DNA of 26,188 nucleotides from a virus (IMGVR_UViG_3300032116_001160:1-26188), one strand, 5' to 3'; positions 16,524 to 23,205 are shown, counted from the first letter of the stretch. Numbers and translations: made by a program. Notes: generated by a model not told the origin, from the letters alone.

Positions 16524-17032
16524 CACAGCGCGACAATTTCATTCAAGTCGCGTGGGCTGAAGTTGGATATGTAGAAGGCCCGAAAGAGAATGAGACAAAG
16601 TTTGGCAAAGAGATGGGCGCCAACTATCTGCCGTGGTGTGGCTCCTTTGTTATGTGGTGCGCCAAGAAGGTAGGGCTGCGCATCCCGAACTGCATTTCAA
16701 CCCAGGCAGGGGCGCAGGCGTTCGAGTCCCGCAATCAATGGCAGGACGCCGCCACCGCCACGCCAGAGCCAGGCGACCTAGCCTTCTTTGACTTCCCAGG
16801 TGACGGGGTTGAGCGTATCTCACACATCGGCATTGTCATCGGCGTGCAGGCTCGCAAAGGCGTCGTCCATACAATTGAAGGAAATACTTCTGGCGATTCA
16901 AAAGGTGACCAGCGCAATGGCGGTATGGTTGCCTTCAAGACCAGAACCTACAAGAAAACCAAGCGATTGAAATTGAAACGCCAAGAGCCAGTCTCAATTG
17001 TGGGATTTGGTAAGCCTAAGTTCAAGGAGTAA
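16520..17032 (+). CDS. Endolysin, CHAP-domain amidase/peptidase
   Basis: PWCGSFVMW (catalytic Cys), PGDLAFF, HIGIV (His), TIEGNT. Confidence 0.9.
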   Translation: MTQRDNFIQVAWAEVGYVEGPKENETKFGKEMGANYLPWCGSFVMWCAKKVGLRIPNCISTQAGAQAFESRNQWQDAATATPEPGDLAFFDFPGDGVERISHIGIVIGVQARKGVVHTIEGNTSGDSKGDQRNGGMVAFKTRTYKKTKRLKLKRQEPVSIVGFGKPKFKE

Positions 17033-17034
17033 GA

Positions 17035-17262
17035 ATGGAAAAGTTGAAGTCATTTGTTCACCGCAATCCTGCACGTGTTGCAGCATTTGTATCATCAGCA
17101 GTTGCGCTGGTAGTTTCCGCGCTCTCACCAGATATGCCAGTTGAAGCAGCAGTTGCATTCGTGTTATCTGCTCTTGGACTTGGTGAATATGCACAACGTG
17201 TTGAGAATGAGAAAACTGAAATTGCGCTTTACACAGATGTGGATGATTTAGAACAGGAGTAA
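17035..17262 (+). CDS. Holin-like membrane protein
   Basis: Two hydrophobic helices, charged C-terminus, directly after the endolysin. Confidence 0.65.
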   Translation: MEKLKSFVHRNPARVAAFVSSAVALVVSALSPDMPVEAAVAFVLSALGLGEYAQRVENEKTEIALYTDVDDLEQE

Positions 17263-17267
17263 GTCTG

Positions 17268-17558
17268 ATGAAACGGGGGGAAGTTCTCAAAGAAGCCGAA
17301 AGGCTGATGTATGGTGACCGCCAAGAAGATTATGGAACACCGTATGAGAATCACAGAAGAATTGCAGTCTTGTGGTCTGCCTATCTTGGGACAGAGATTT
17401 CGCCAATGCAGGTTTCAATTTGTATGGCGTTGGTAAAGATTGCCAGACTGCAACAAAATCACGAATACTCTAAAGATGATACCTTCATTGATTTGGCAGC
17501 ATATGCAAGCATTGCCGCCGAACTCGCTGAAATCAAACGCAAGCAGGACCAGCAATAG
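17268..17558 (+). CDS. DUF6378-like protein (helical dNTP diphosphohydrolase-related phage family)
   Basis: GDRQEDYG.P.ENHRRIAVLWSAYLG, MALVKIARL, DTFIDLAAYA. Confidence 0.75.
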   Translation: MKRGEVLKEAERLMYGDRQEDYGTPYENHRRIAVLWSAYLGTEISPMQVSICMALVKIARLQQNHEYSKDDTFIDLAAYASIAAELAEIKRKQDQQ

Positions 17559-17581
17559 TCTTTATCCCCTAGCGATAAGAA

Positions 17582-17625
17582 AACCCCTACACGGCCACCT
17601 TTCCCGTGTAGGGGTTCTTCTTTGT
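17582..17625. terminator. Probable bidirectional intrinsic terminator between convergent operons
   Basis: Perfect 13-bp stem AACCCCTACACGG/CCGTGTAGGGGTT, loop CCACCTTTC, T-rich tract on the right and A-rich tract on the left. Confidence 0.8.
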
Positions 17626-17628
17626 CTC

Positions 17629-17757
17629 TTACGCTTTTACATATTCACGCAAGTGTTCAACGATTACTTCACTGACAGTTTTATCTTCTTGCTTGGCTTT
17701 AGCCTGAACTTTTGCCCACAGCACATCTGACACACGCACGGACCTGATTTTCTTCAC
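17629..17757 (-). CDS. Ribbon-helix-helix (Arc/CopG-like) DNA-binding protein, 42 aa
   Basis: Read by hand: (M)KKIRSVRVSDVLWAKVQAKAKQEDKTVSEVIVEHLREYVKA*; GAAAGGAG SD; not in the ORF track. Confidence 0.85.
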   Translation of the reverse strand: MKKIRSVRVSDVLWAKVQAKAKQEDKTVSEVIVEHLREYVKA

Positions 17758-17846
17758 TTCTTCTCCTTTCGATTACATTTGCACGGAATATGAAAACCTT
17801 GCTGCCAATCAATCTGGCCGCATCGCTGACAGCGCCTAATTTCCAC
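17754..17846 (-). CDS. Cys-rich microprotein (30 aa)
   Basis: (M)EIRRCQRCGQIDWQQGFHIPCKCNRKEKK*; AAGGTGG SD; GTGA overlap with the RHH gene. Confidence 0.55.
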   Translation of the reverse strand: MEIRRCQRCGQIDWQQGFHIPCKCNRKEKK

Positions 17847-18039
17847 CTTCTGCCACCTTTTCACTCATAGTGCGAATCTGCTCAAATGCATTGGCGCAGA
17901 CTTGCAAGAGTTCAATTGCCACTAGGCAGGTGGCTTCCATTGTTTCGCCCCAACCATCGGCGACTGCTTCATTGAGTTTGTCTGCAACGTGAGTCATTGC
18001 AGTGGAAAGTTCTGCGTGTAGATTGCTCATCGCGCTCAT
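17836..18039 (-). CDS. Hypothetical protein
   Basis: ORF track; ATGA overlap within the leftward operon. Confidence 0.7.
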   Translation of the reverse strand: MSAMSNLHAELSTAMTHVADKLNEAVADGWGETMEATCLVAIELLQVCANAFEQIRTMSEKVAEGGN

Positions 18040-18233
18040 AGTTTTGCTTCGCTTATTATGCGCTTGATGGTATCTATACTGACATTATTGCGGTGCATTT
18101 CAGCAAGACCAATCACAAGATGGTAACTATCTTCTGCAGCATCCCAGAGAGATTCTTCATCAATGCCTTGTGCTGCTAAATAGCGGATTGCTTCTGTCTG
18201 ACGGTCAAGATAATAATTACCCATCGCGCTCAT
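18036..18233 (-). CDS. Hypothetical protein
   Basis: ORF track; GAAAGGT SD; ATGA overlaps. Confidence 0.7.
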   Translation of the reverse strand: MSAMGNYYLDRQTEAIRYLAAQGIDEESLWDAAEDSYHLVIGLAEMHRNNVSIDTIKRIISEAKL

Positions 18234-18349
18234 TTGATATTACCTTTCATCCAGCGCACTGCAAAGAATGCGACGATTGAAAACCAGAACCAGAACTGCA
18301 CCATCGCCTGCCAACCAGCAACGTGTGTGCCAAAGAGTAGGTCTAGCAT
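18230..18349 (-). CDS. Small membrane protein (39 aa)
   Basis: Read by hand: MLDLLFGTHVAGWQAMVQFWFWFSIVAFFAVRWMKGNIK*; GGAG SD; fills the operon gap. Confidence 0.65.
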   Translation of the reverse strand: MLDLLFGTHVAGWQAMVQFWFWFSIVAFFAVRWMKGNIK

Positions 18350-18552
18350 TGTTGAGTCTCCATTGTCTGTAATTGTTTGAAGAATTGCAGAGCATTCTTG
18401 AAACCTCTTATAGTTTCAATTACTTCAGAACCCTGGGTTGTGATTTTACCTATGTCATATCTTTGAACTGAATGGCCTGTTGGGTAATAACCGTACATAT
18501 AGAACTGACCATCTTTGCTTTCGCGATAACTCACGTATGTTCCTTTGTGCAT
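18343..18552 (-). CDS. Hypothetical protein
   Basis: ORF track; AAGGAG SD. Confidence 0.7.
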   Translation of the reverse strand: MHKGTYVSYRESKDGQFYMYGYYPTGHSVQRYDIGKITTQGSEVIETIRGFKNALQFFKQLQTMETQQC

Positions 18553-18644
18553 TATTTTTGCTCCTTTGAATAGTCACATTGATTGCCTGAACAGTTATGG
18601 CAGAGACAAGACTTCTTGATGAATCTATGGTCGCAACACTTCAT
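18552..18644 (-). CDS. Cys-rich microprotein (30 aa)
   Basis: MKCCDHRFIKKSCLCHNCSGNQCDYSKEQK*; AGGAG SD; TAATG overlaps at both ends. Confidence 0.6.
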   Translation of the reverse strand: MKCCDHRFIKKSCLCHNCSGNQCDYSKEQK

Positions 18645-18883
18645 TATGCAACTCTCCTAACGCCTGGATAAACACCTGAAGCAACATCATTTTCAACGTG
18701 CTTAACAACGCTTTGTGGTCTGATGTACCAGTGGTTCATATCGAATCGTTGAACTACACCATTGCGGATAACTTCATAACTAAGGTTTTCATAAACAAAA
18801 ATTGTTATGCGATGAGTTGAATCTTGCCACATAGCCAAGATTGCTGGACGTGGGGTGCTGTCAACTGAATATTTGATTTTCAT
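18644..18883 (-). CDS. Hypothetical protein
   Basis: ORF track; GAGGT SD; TAATG overlap. Confidence 0.7.
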   Translation of the reverse strand: MKIKYSVDSTPRPAILAMWQDSTHRITIFVYENLSYEVIRNGVVQRFDMNHWYIRPQSVVKHVENDVASGVYPGVRRVA

Positions 18884-19053
18884 TATGCATTTACCTCAAC
18901 AATCATTTCAGGGGTGTAATTGAAATCTATTGCTTTTGCGATTGCTTCATTGCGTGTATTGAAAAAATAAGTTGCAATTGCTAAACCGCTATCTGCTTCT
19001 AAACGCAACGTGTAACTATTTTGTTTGTTTTTGAAAACTACTGCCTGTGCCAT
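18883..19053 (-). CDS. Hypothetical protein, first gene of the leftward operon (start revised to ATG 19053)
   Basis: MAQAVVFKNKQNSYTLRLE...; purine-rich RBS; the longer ORF would run through the promoter. Confidence 0.65.
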   Translation of the reverse strand: MAQAVVFKNKQNSYTLRLEADSGLAIATYFFNTRNEAIAKAIDFNYTPEMIVEVNA

Positions 19054-19101
19054 TTTCTTCTTCCGTTTCCTGGAGTTACTGTGCTTGGCTCCAATAAGAG
19101 A

Positions 19102-19130
19102 ATTGAACCATCTATCCATACGATTGTCAA
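19102..19130 (-). promoter_or_regulatory. Leftward sigma70-type promoter
   Basis: Minus strand TTGACA-17 bp-TTCAAT with TG at the extended -10 position; the -10 deviates from TAnnnT. Confidence 0.5.
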
Positions 19131-19171
19131 TACAACCCCAGATTGCCACCGTCGGCGTGTCGCCCGTAGGC

Positions 19172-19193
19172 TGTCAGTCCCCTGGGTCATACT
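19172..19193 (+). promoter_or_regulatory. Rightward promoter resembling the actinobacterial RecA-NDp/PafBC type
   Basis: TGTCAG-N10-CATACT versus consensus TGTCRG-N10-TAnnnT; 24 bp upstream of the first rightward gene. Confidence 0.5.
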
Positions 19194-19217
19194 TGGGGCA
19201 AACGAAAGGGGGTCCGA

Positions 19218-19376
19218 ATGAACCAGATAGTGATGATTGGGGCTTTAGCGGGCATTCTAGGGGTTATTGTGGCGGTTCTGCGCTATGATGCCAGCCCGAT
19301 GGATGAAGCCATCAGAGAAGCCCAGCAGTGGGATTCTAAGCAGAAGCGCATCAAGCAAGCATTGGAGCGCAAATGA
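19218..19376 (+). CDS. Small membrane-anchored protein (52 aa)
   Basis: Read by hand: MNQIVMIGALAGILGVIVAVLRYDASPMDEAIREAQQW...; AAAGGGGG SD; ATGA overlap. Confidence 0.75.
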   Translation: MNQIVMIGALAGILGVIVAVLRYDASPMDEAIREAQQWDSKQKRIKQALERK

Positions 19377-19723
19377 CCAGACACCGTGAGCCGCTCTTTA
19401 GCGTCCACGCTACAGGTGATGGGGAGTTTGCCCTGTACCTAGAAGAGCAGGATGCCAACTTGGACCTGCTGGAAGATGTCACCGAACAGGTCAACCTGAT
19501 TGACCTTGCAGGGCTGAAGGAGTTCTCAAGCGTTGATGCTCTCAAGAACCCTGATGCCGCCGCCCGCCTAGATATTGTCCGTGCCGATATGCCAGATGTC
19601 GTTGCAAAGATTTGCAAGATGACAGAGGCAGAGGCGCTGACCCTGGCGGAGCAACTCATAATGATTGTCAAAGAACATCGGGCAAAGAACAACAAGCCCG
19701 TGAAATTAGAATTGGTGAAGTAA
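19373..19723 (+). CDS. Hypothetical acidic protein
   Basis: ORF track; overlapping start and stop with neighbours. Confidence 0.75.
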   Translation: MTRHREPLFSVHATGDGEFALYLEEQDANLDLLEDVTEQVNLIDLAGLKEFSSVDALKNPDAAARLDIVRADMPDVVAKICKMTEAEALTLAEQLIMIVKEHRAKNNKPVKLELVK

Positions 19724-20073
19724 TGGCTAACCCGAATGGTCGCAAAGGCGCTGCTTTTGAACTGGGAGTTCTCAAGTGGTTGCGTTCTCACGGAATATCA
19801 GCAGAGCGTTTGCGCCTATCGGGTCAGAAGGATGAAGGCGACATTGTTGCCATCATCGCGGGCAAGACTCATATCCTTGAGTTGAAGAACCGCAAATCCA
19901 TTACTTTGCCAGCCTTCTGGGAAGAAGCGGTTGTTGAATCCAAAAACTATGCCAAAGCGCGTGGCTTGGATTCAGCGCCACCTGCATTTGTTGTTATCAA
20001 ACGCAGAAATGCTTCCATTGAGAAGGCCTTCGTGGTTCAAGATTTGGACTCTTGGTTGAAGGAGAGGATGTGA
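19723..20073 (+). CDS. Holliday junction resolvase (Hjc-like PD-(D/E)xK); start revised to ATG 19723
   Basis: NGRKGAAFE, DEGDI, LELKN, VVIKRR motifs. Confidence 0.82.
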   Translation: MANPNGRKGAAFELGVLKWLRSHGISAERLRLSGQKDEGDIVAIIAGKTHILELKNRKSITLPAFWEEAVVESKNYAKARGLDSAPPAFVVIKRRNASIEKAFVVQDLDSWLKERM

Positions 20074-20543
20074 ATTTCTTTGAATTCCTTCCCATACTTC
20101 CTCAACTACCAGAAGCCAAATGCAGGGATATTGAGAATCCAGATATTTTCTTTCCCGAATCACGTGCAGAAGAGCGAACGTCGCTCCCAACTATTCGCGC
20201 ACTGTGCGAAAGTTGTACCGAACGAAAGGAGTGCTTGGACTACGCACTCGACAATGAAATCAGCAGCGGTATTTGGGCTGGTTTCACTACGGAACAACGC
20301 AAACGTATGCTCAATGCTCGTTATGCAAATGCTCCGAAAGCAAACAACGCGGAAAAGGTTCGCGTGATGTTTAAGTCGGGATGCACACCGAAAGAAATCG
20401 CAGTGGCACTGAAGGTAGAACATTCGTATGTGACGACTGTTCTCAAGCGTGCTGGTGTGAAATTAGAAGGAGACATCCAATCACAACTAACAATCGAAAG
20501 ACTCTCAAAGGAGTCGCAATCATCATCGGGGTTTCAGCAATGA
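20070..20543 (+). CDS. whiB: WhiB-family Fe-S transcription factor with C-terminal HTH-like extension; start probably GTG 20070
   Basis: AKC...PDIFFPE...LCESC...ECLDYAL...GIWAG.T.EQR (four Cys plus G[IV]WxG); C-terminal GCTPKEIAVALKVEHSYV. Confidence 0.92.
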   Translation: MNFFEFLPILPQLPEAKCRDIENPDIFFPESRAEERTSLPTIRALCESCTERKECLDYALDNEISSGIWAGFTTEQRKRMLNARYANAPKANNAEKVRVMFKSGCTPKEIAVALKVEHSYVTTVLKRAGVKLEGDIQSQLTIERLSKESQSSSGFQQ

Positions 20544-20917
20544 CATCATTGTTTGTCAATGCTGCCTTTGCACCACAAATGGCAGTTCCCGCCACCGTCA
20601 TCTACAAGGACCCACCTGCTTTGATGCAGGTAAATCCAAAGCAGATAGCGCGGGAATTGCTCACAAAGAAGCAGTTCGCCTGCTTCACAAAATTGGTCGG
20701 TAAGGAATCCGCGTGGAATCCCAAGGCCAAGAATCCAACAAGTAGTGCCAGAGGAATCGGGCAATTGCTTGAAGGTACATATCAGAATCTTGGAATGAAA
20801 CATTCTGAATCTGGTGTGGCTCAAACCGTAGCAACACTTGCGTATATCGGTAGAAAATATGGCTCTGGTGGCCCCTGTGCCGCCTGGGAGTTTTTCAAGC
20901 GCAATCGTTGGTACTAA
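20480..20917 (+). CDS. Lytic transglycosylase (SLT/lysozyme-like) with N-terminal signal anchor; start uncertain (ATC 20480 or ATG 20540)
   Basis: KESAWNPKAKNPTSSARGIGQ (catalytic Glu), YIGRKYG..PCAAW.F...WY. Confidence 0.82.
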   Translation: MTTNNRKTLKGVAIIIGVSAMTSLFVNAAFAPQMAVPATVIYKDPPALMQVNPKQIARELLTKKQFACFTKLVGKESAWNPKAKNPTSSARGIGQLLEGTYQNLGMKHSESGVAQTVATLAYIGRKYGSGGPCAAWEFFKRNRWY

Positions 20918-20936
20918 AACTGACTAGGGGGAAACT

Positions 20937-21251
20937 ATGTCAATGCAAATAGAAAAGGGTGTCAAAGTCTTAGATGACAACACCGCCCAATGGCTAAAGC
21001 AATACCGTGAAGCGTTAGTCAAGATTAAAGAGTGGCAAGAAGTTGCAGACATCGCTCGCAGTCACCTGGAGAATGCTCTGGGTGACTGTGAAGAAGGTTT
21101 GCACAATGGTCAAACTGTTGTTCGCTGGACACAGATTGAATCACGGCGATTTGATACCAAACGCGCCCGTGAAATTCTGCCACCACAAGTAATTGAGATG
21201 CTGGAAGTTGTTCAACAATCTCGCCGATTTTCATTGGTTGATGGTCAATGA
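20937..21251 (+). CDS. Hypothetical recombination-associated protein (resembles the C-terminal part of YqaJ-type proteins)
   Basis: Coiled coil followed by VVRW...SRRFDTK...SRRF; GGGGG SD; next to the exonuclease. Confidence 0.55.
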   Translation: MSMQIEKGVKVLDDNTAQWLKQYREALVKIKEWQEVADIARSHLENALGDCEEGLHNGQTVVRWTQIESRRFDTKRAREILPPQVIEMLEVVQQSRRFSLVDGQ

Positions 21252-21331
21252 GTATTGTCAACCCGTGGATTGACCCGATTACTCCATCAATTCCTGATGA
21301 AGAAATTTATGAAGATGAGGATGATGAATGA
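21248..21331 (+). CDS. Acidic micropeptide (27 aa)
   Basis: MSIVNPWIDPITPSIPDEEIYEDEDDE*; ATGA overlaps at both ends. Confidence 0.55.
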   Translation: MSIVNPWIDPITPSIPDEEIYEDEDDE

Positions 21332-22065
21332 CCTTTGCTAGTATTTCAACGCCTGGGCAGCAACTTGGCAACCAACTGCGTGAACTGATTACTCAAGCGG
21401 GTATTTGGTCACCAAGAGGAAAACAAATTGCTATCGGGCCATCTGAAATCGGACACGAATGCAGTCGCCGACTTGCATACAAACTCTTGGACTGGGAGAA
21501 GCCTAACGAAAGTGGGAGCAGTTCTTGGGCGGCGCAAGTTGGCACTGCCATTCACGCCTACCTAGCAGAAGTCTTTGGCAAACTTGAAGGTTACGAAGTT
21601 GAGCAGAAGGTTCAGATTCGTTCAAACCTTGCAGGCACGATTGATTTATTTGATTCAATTCGTGGCATTGTCTTAGATTGGAAAACTGTCGGTTTCAATC
21701 AACTCAAGGAGCGTCGCAGCGAAGGCGCGACAATCCAGCAGCAGGTGCAGATTCAACTTTATGGTTACGGCAAAGCCCAATCAGGTGCAACCGTCAACAA
21801 AGTTGGATTGGTCTATCTGCCAACATCGGGTTCACTTGATGATATGCACGTTGAACTCTTTGATTATGATGAATCAGTAGCGCTCAAAGCGCTCTCTCGC
21901 ATTGATGACCTATACACCTTACTTTCAACGGTAGATGTAGAAGCCAACCCTGCGATGCTGACAGTGATACCGTCGGCGCCCACACGGACCTGCAATTGGT
22001 GTCCGTACTTCCTACCATTTAGCAAAGACTTATCGAAAGGTTGCAATGGCGACACCATCGCGTAA
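21328..22065 (+). CDS. Cas4-like / PD-(D/E)xK exonuclease
   Basis: IGPSEIGHECSR, GTAIH, GTIDL...DWKT, QIQLYGYG, CNWCPY...C (Fe-S-type Cys set). Confidence 0.88.
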   Translation: MTFASISTPGQQLGNQLRELITQAGIWSPRGKQIAIGPSEIGHECSRRLAYKLLDWEKPNESGSSSWAAQVGTAIHAYLAEVFGKLEGYEVEQKVQIRSNLAGTIDLFDSIRGIVLDWKTVGFNQLKERRSEGATIQQQVQIQLYGYGKAQSGATVNKVGLVYLPTSGSLDDMHVELFDYDESVALKALSRIDDLYTLLSTVDVEANPAMLTVIPSAPTRTCNWCPYFLPFSKDLSKGCNGDTIA

Positions 22066-22267
22066 ATTGATAGTTGAAACTTTGCCCACGTGGAAAGAGA
22101 ACATTTTATATTTCGTCGCTAGATGCTTGGGACTCAAAGGAGTTCCCATTGGTCTTATTTATTATGAGAACGAACAAACAATCAACGACATTGTAAAAAA
22201 CAATGAAGAAGATGCAATGAATAGAGTTAGAACAGACAAACTAACAGAAATGGAGTCGGGGGAATGA
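22046..22267 (+). CDS. Hypothetical protein (start uncertain)
   Basis: ORF track; ATGA overlap with the next gene. Confidence 0.55.
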   Translation: MATPSRKLIVETLPTWKENILYFVARCLGLKGVPIGLIYYENEQTINDIVKNNEEDAMNRVRTDKLTEMESGE

Positions 22268-22719
22268 CCTTCGCTGCACCAAGTAATGCAACAGAGACGG
22301 TGAAAGTGGCAGACCTTGCCAATCACCTTCTTATCATCTCGCCAGTTGAATACAAGACTGGCATCCCAACAGTTCACGGAGAAGCAGAAGCAATTGAAGT
22401 GAACGTGATTGACCTTGATACCAACAAAGAGCATTCGTCATTGCTCTGGTTCAATGTCGCGCTACGCAATGCTCTCAAGAGTAAAACTGGCCAGAAGGTT
22501 CTGGCACGTATTGGCCAAGGCACTGCAAAGCCTGGCAAATCGGCGCCGTGGATTCTCATTGACGCCACAGGCGATGCATCGGCAGTTGCAAAAGCAAATG
22601 CCTATCTTGGCGCTGCAACAGCAAAGCCAGCGCCTGCGCCCGCGGCACCGATTGACCCCAACAATCTTTCACCAGAAGTGATGGCGCTGTTAGGTCAACT
22701 AGGAGCAAAGCCAGTATAA
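22264..22719 (+). CDS. Putative single-stranded DNA-binding protein
   Basis: Beta-rich core with VLARIGQG.AKPGKSAPWIL, Pro/Ala-rich linker tail, position after the exonuclease. Confidence 0.55.
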   Translation: MTFAAPSNATETVKVADLANHLLIISPVEYKTGIPTVHGEAEAIEVNVIDLDTNKEHSSLLWFNVALRNALKSKTGQKVLARIGQGTAKPGKSAPWILIDATGDASAVAKANAYLGAATAKPAPAPAAPIDPNNLSPEVMALLGQLGAKPV

Positions 22720-22723
22720 AGAT

Positions 22724-22764
22724 TCTCACTTGAAGTTTTACCCTTCCGTTTTCTTCAAGTGGGA
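22724..22764 (+). promoter_or_regulatory. 12-bp hairpin with a 17-nt pyrimidine loop
   Basis: TCTCACTTGAAG/CTTCAAGTGGGA (one G-U); loop TTTTACCCTTCCGTTTT. Confidence 0.6.
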
Positions 22765-22829
22765 TAGGAATGTCTGGGGACCGCAATACACGGGGTACGG
22801 CGCGGTGGTTCGATTCCACCGATTCCACA
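22759..22829 (+). ncRNA. tRNA-like element (good T-arm and acceptor-like stem, non-canonical D/anticodon region)
   Basis: CGGTGG-TTCGATT-CCACCG (22803-21); GTGGGAT/ATTCCAC (22759-65/22822-28); no standard cloverleaf centre and no CCA after the stem. Confidence 0.45.
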
Positions 22830-22855
22830 AAATTCAAACGACCTGAAAGGAAGCA

Positions 22856-23026
22856 ATGTCACCGACATATCAATTCACCTGCAGCGATTGCGGAGATGTC
22901 ATCTTGCAATCATTCTCATTTGATGTAGAACCGACAGTCAACTGTGGTCATTGCGGTTCGATAATGCGCAAAGAGTTCACACCACCAGCAATTCATTTCA
23001 AAGGAGATGGTTGGGGCGGAAAGTGA
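22856..23026 (+). CDS. FmdB-family zinc-ribbon protein (56 aa)
   Basis: Read by hand: MSPTYQFTCSDCG...NCGHCGSIMRKEFTPPAIHFKGDGWGGK*; GAAAGG SD; not in the ORF track. Confidence 0.85.
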   Translation: MSPTYQFTCSDCGDVILQSFSFDVEPTVNCGHCGSIMRKEFTPPAIHFKGDGWGGK

Positions 23027-23205
23027 AATGCAGACACATCTATCAGAAGATTGGACTTCCCCAATGTCCTGATTGTGGGAGAGATACCCACGAAACCAAT
23101 TTTGAATTACAAAGGCATTTGCATAGGAAATGGATTGAAGAAGGTAAAGCAGATTGGAACATCTGCCCGCTAGGTGGAACCTTGCGTGGTTGGTGGTCAA
23201 TCTAA
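23023..23205 (+). CDS. Small Cys/His-containing hypothetical protein (start revised to GTG 23023)
   Basis: (M)KCRHIY...CPDCG...; GTGA overlap. Confidence 0.6.
   Translation: MKCRHIYQKIGLPQCPDCGRDTHETNFELQRHLHRKWIEEGKADWNICPLGGTLRGWWSI

Noticed and set aside
19021-19288. ORF-track ORFs crossing the divergent control region
   Set aside because: They overlap promoter motifs and the better-supported 19218..19376 gene
21328-22065. CRISPR-Cas system suggested by the Cas4-like protein
   Set aside because: No repeat-spacer array or other cas genes; stand-alone Cas4-like exonucleases are common in actinophage recombination modules
22759-22829. Functional canonical tRNA
   Set aside because: D and anticodon arms do not fit the cloverleaf and no anticodon can be assigned; kept only as tRNA-like
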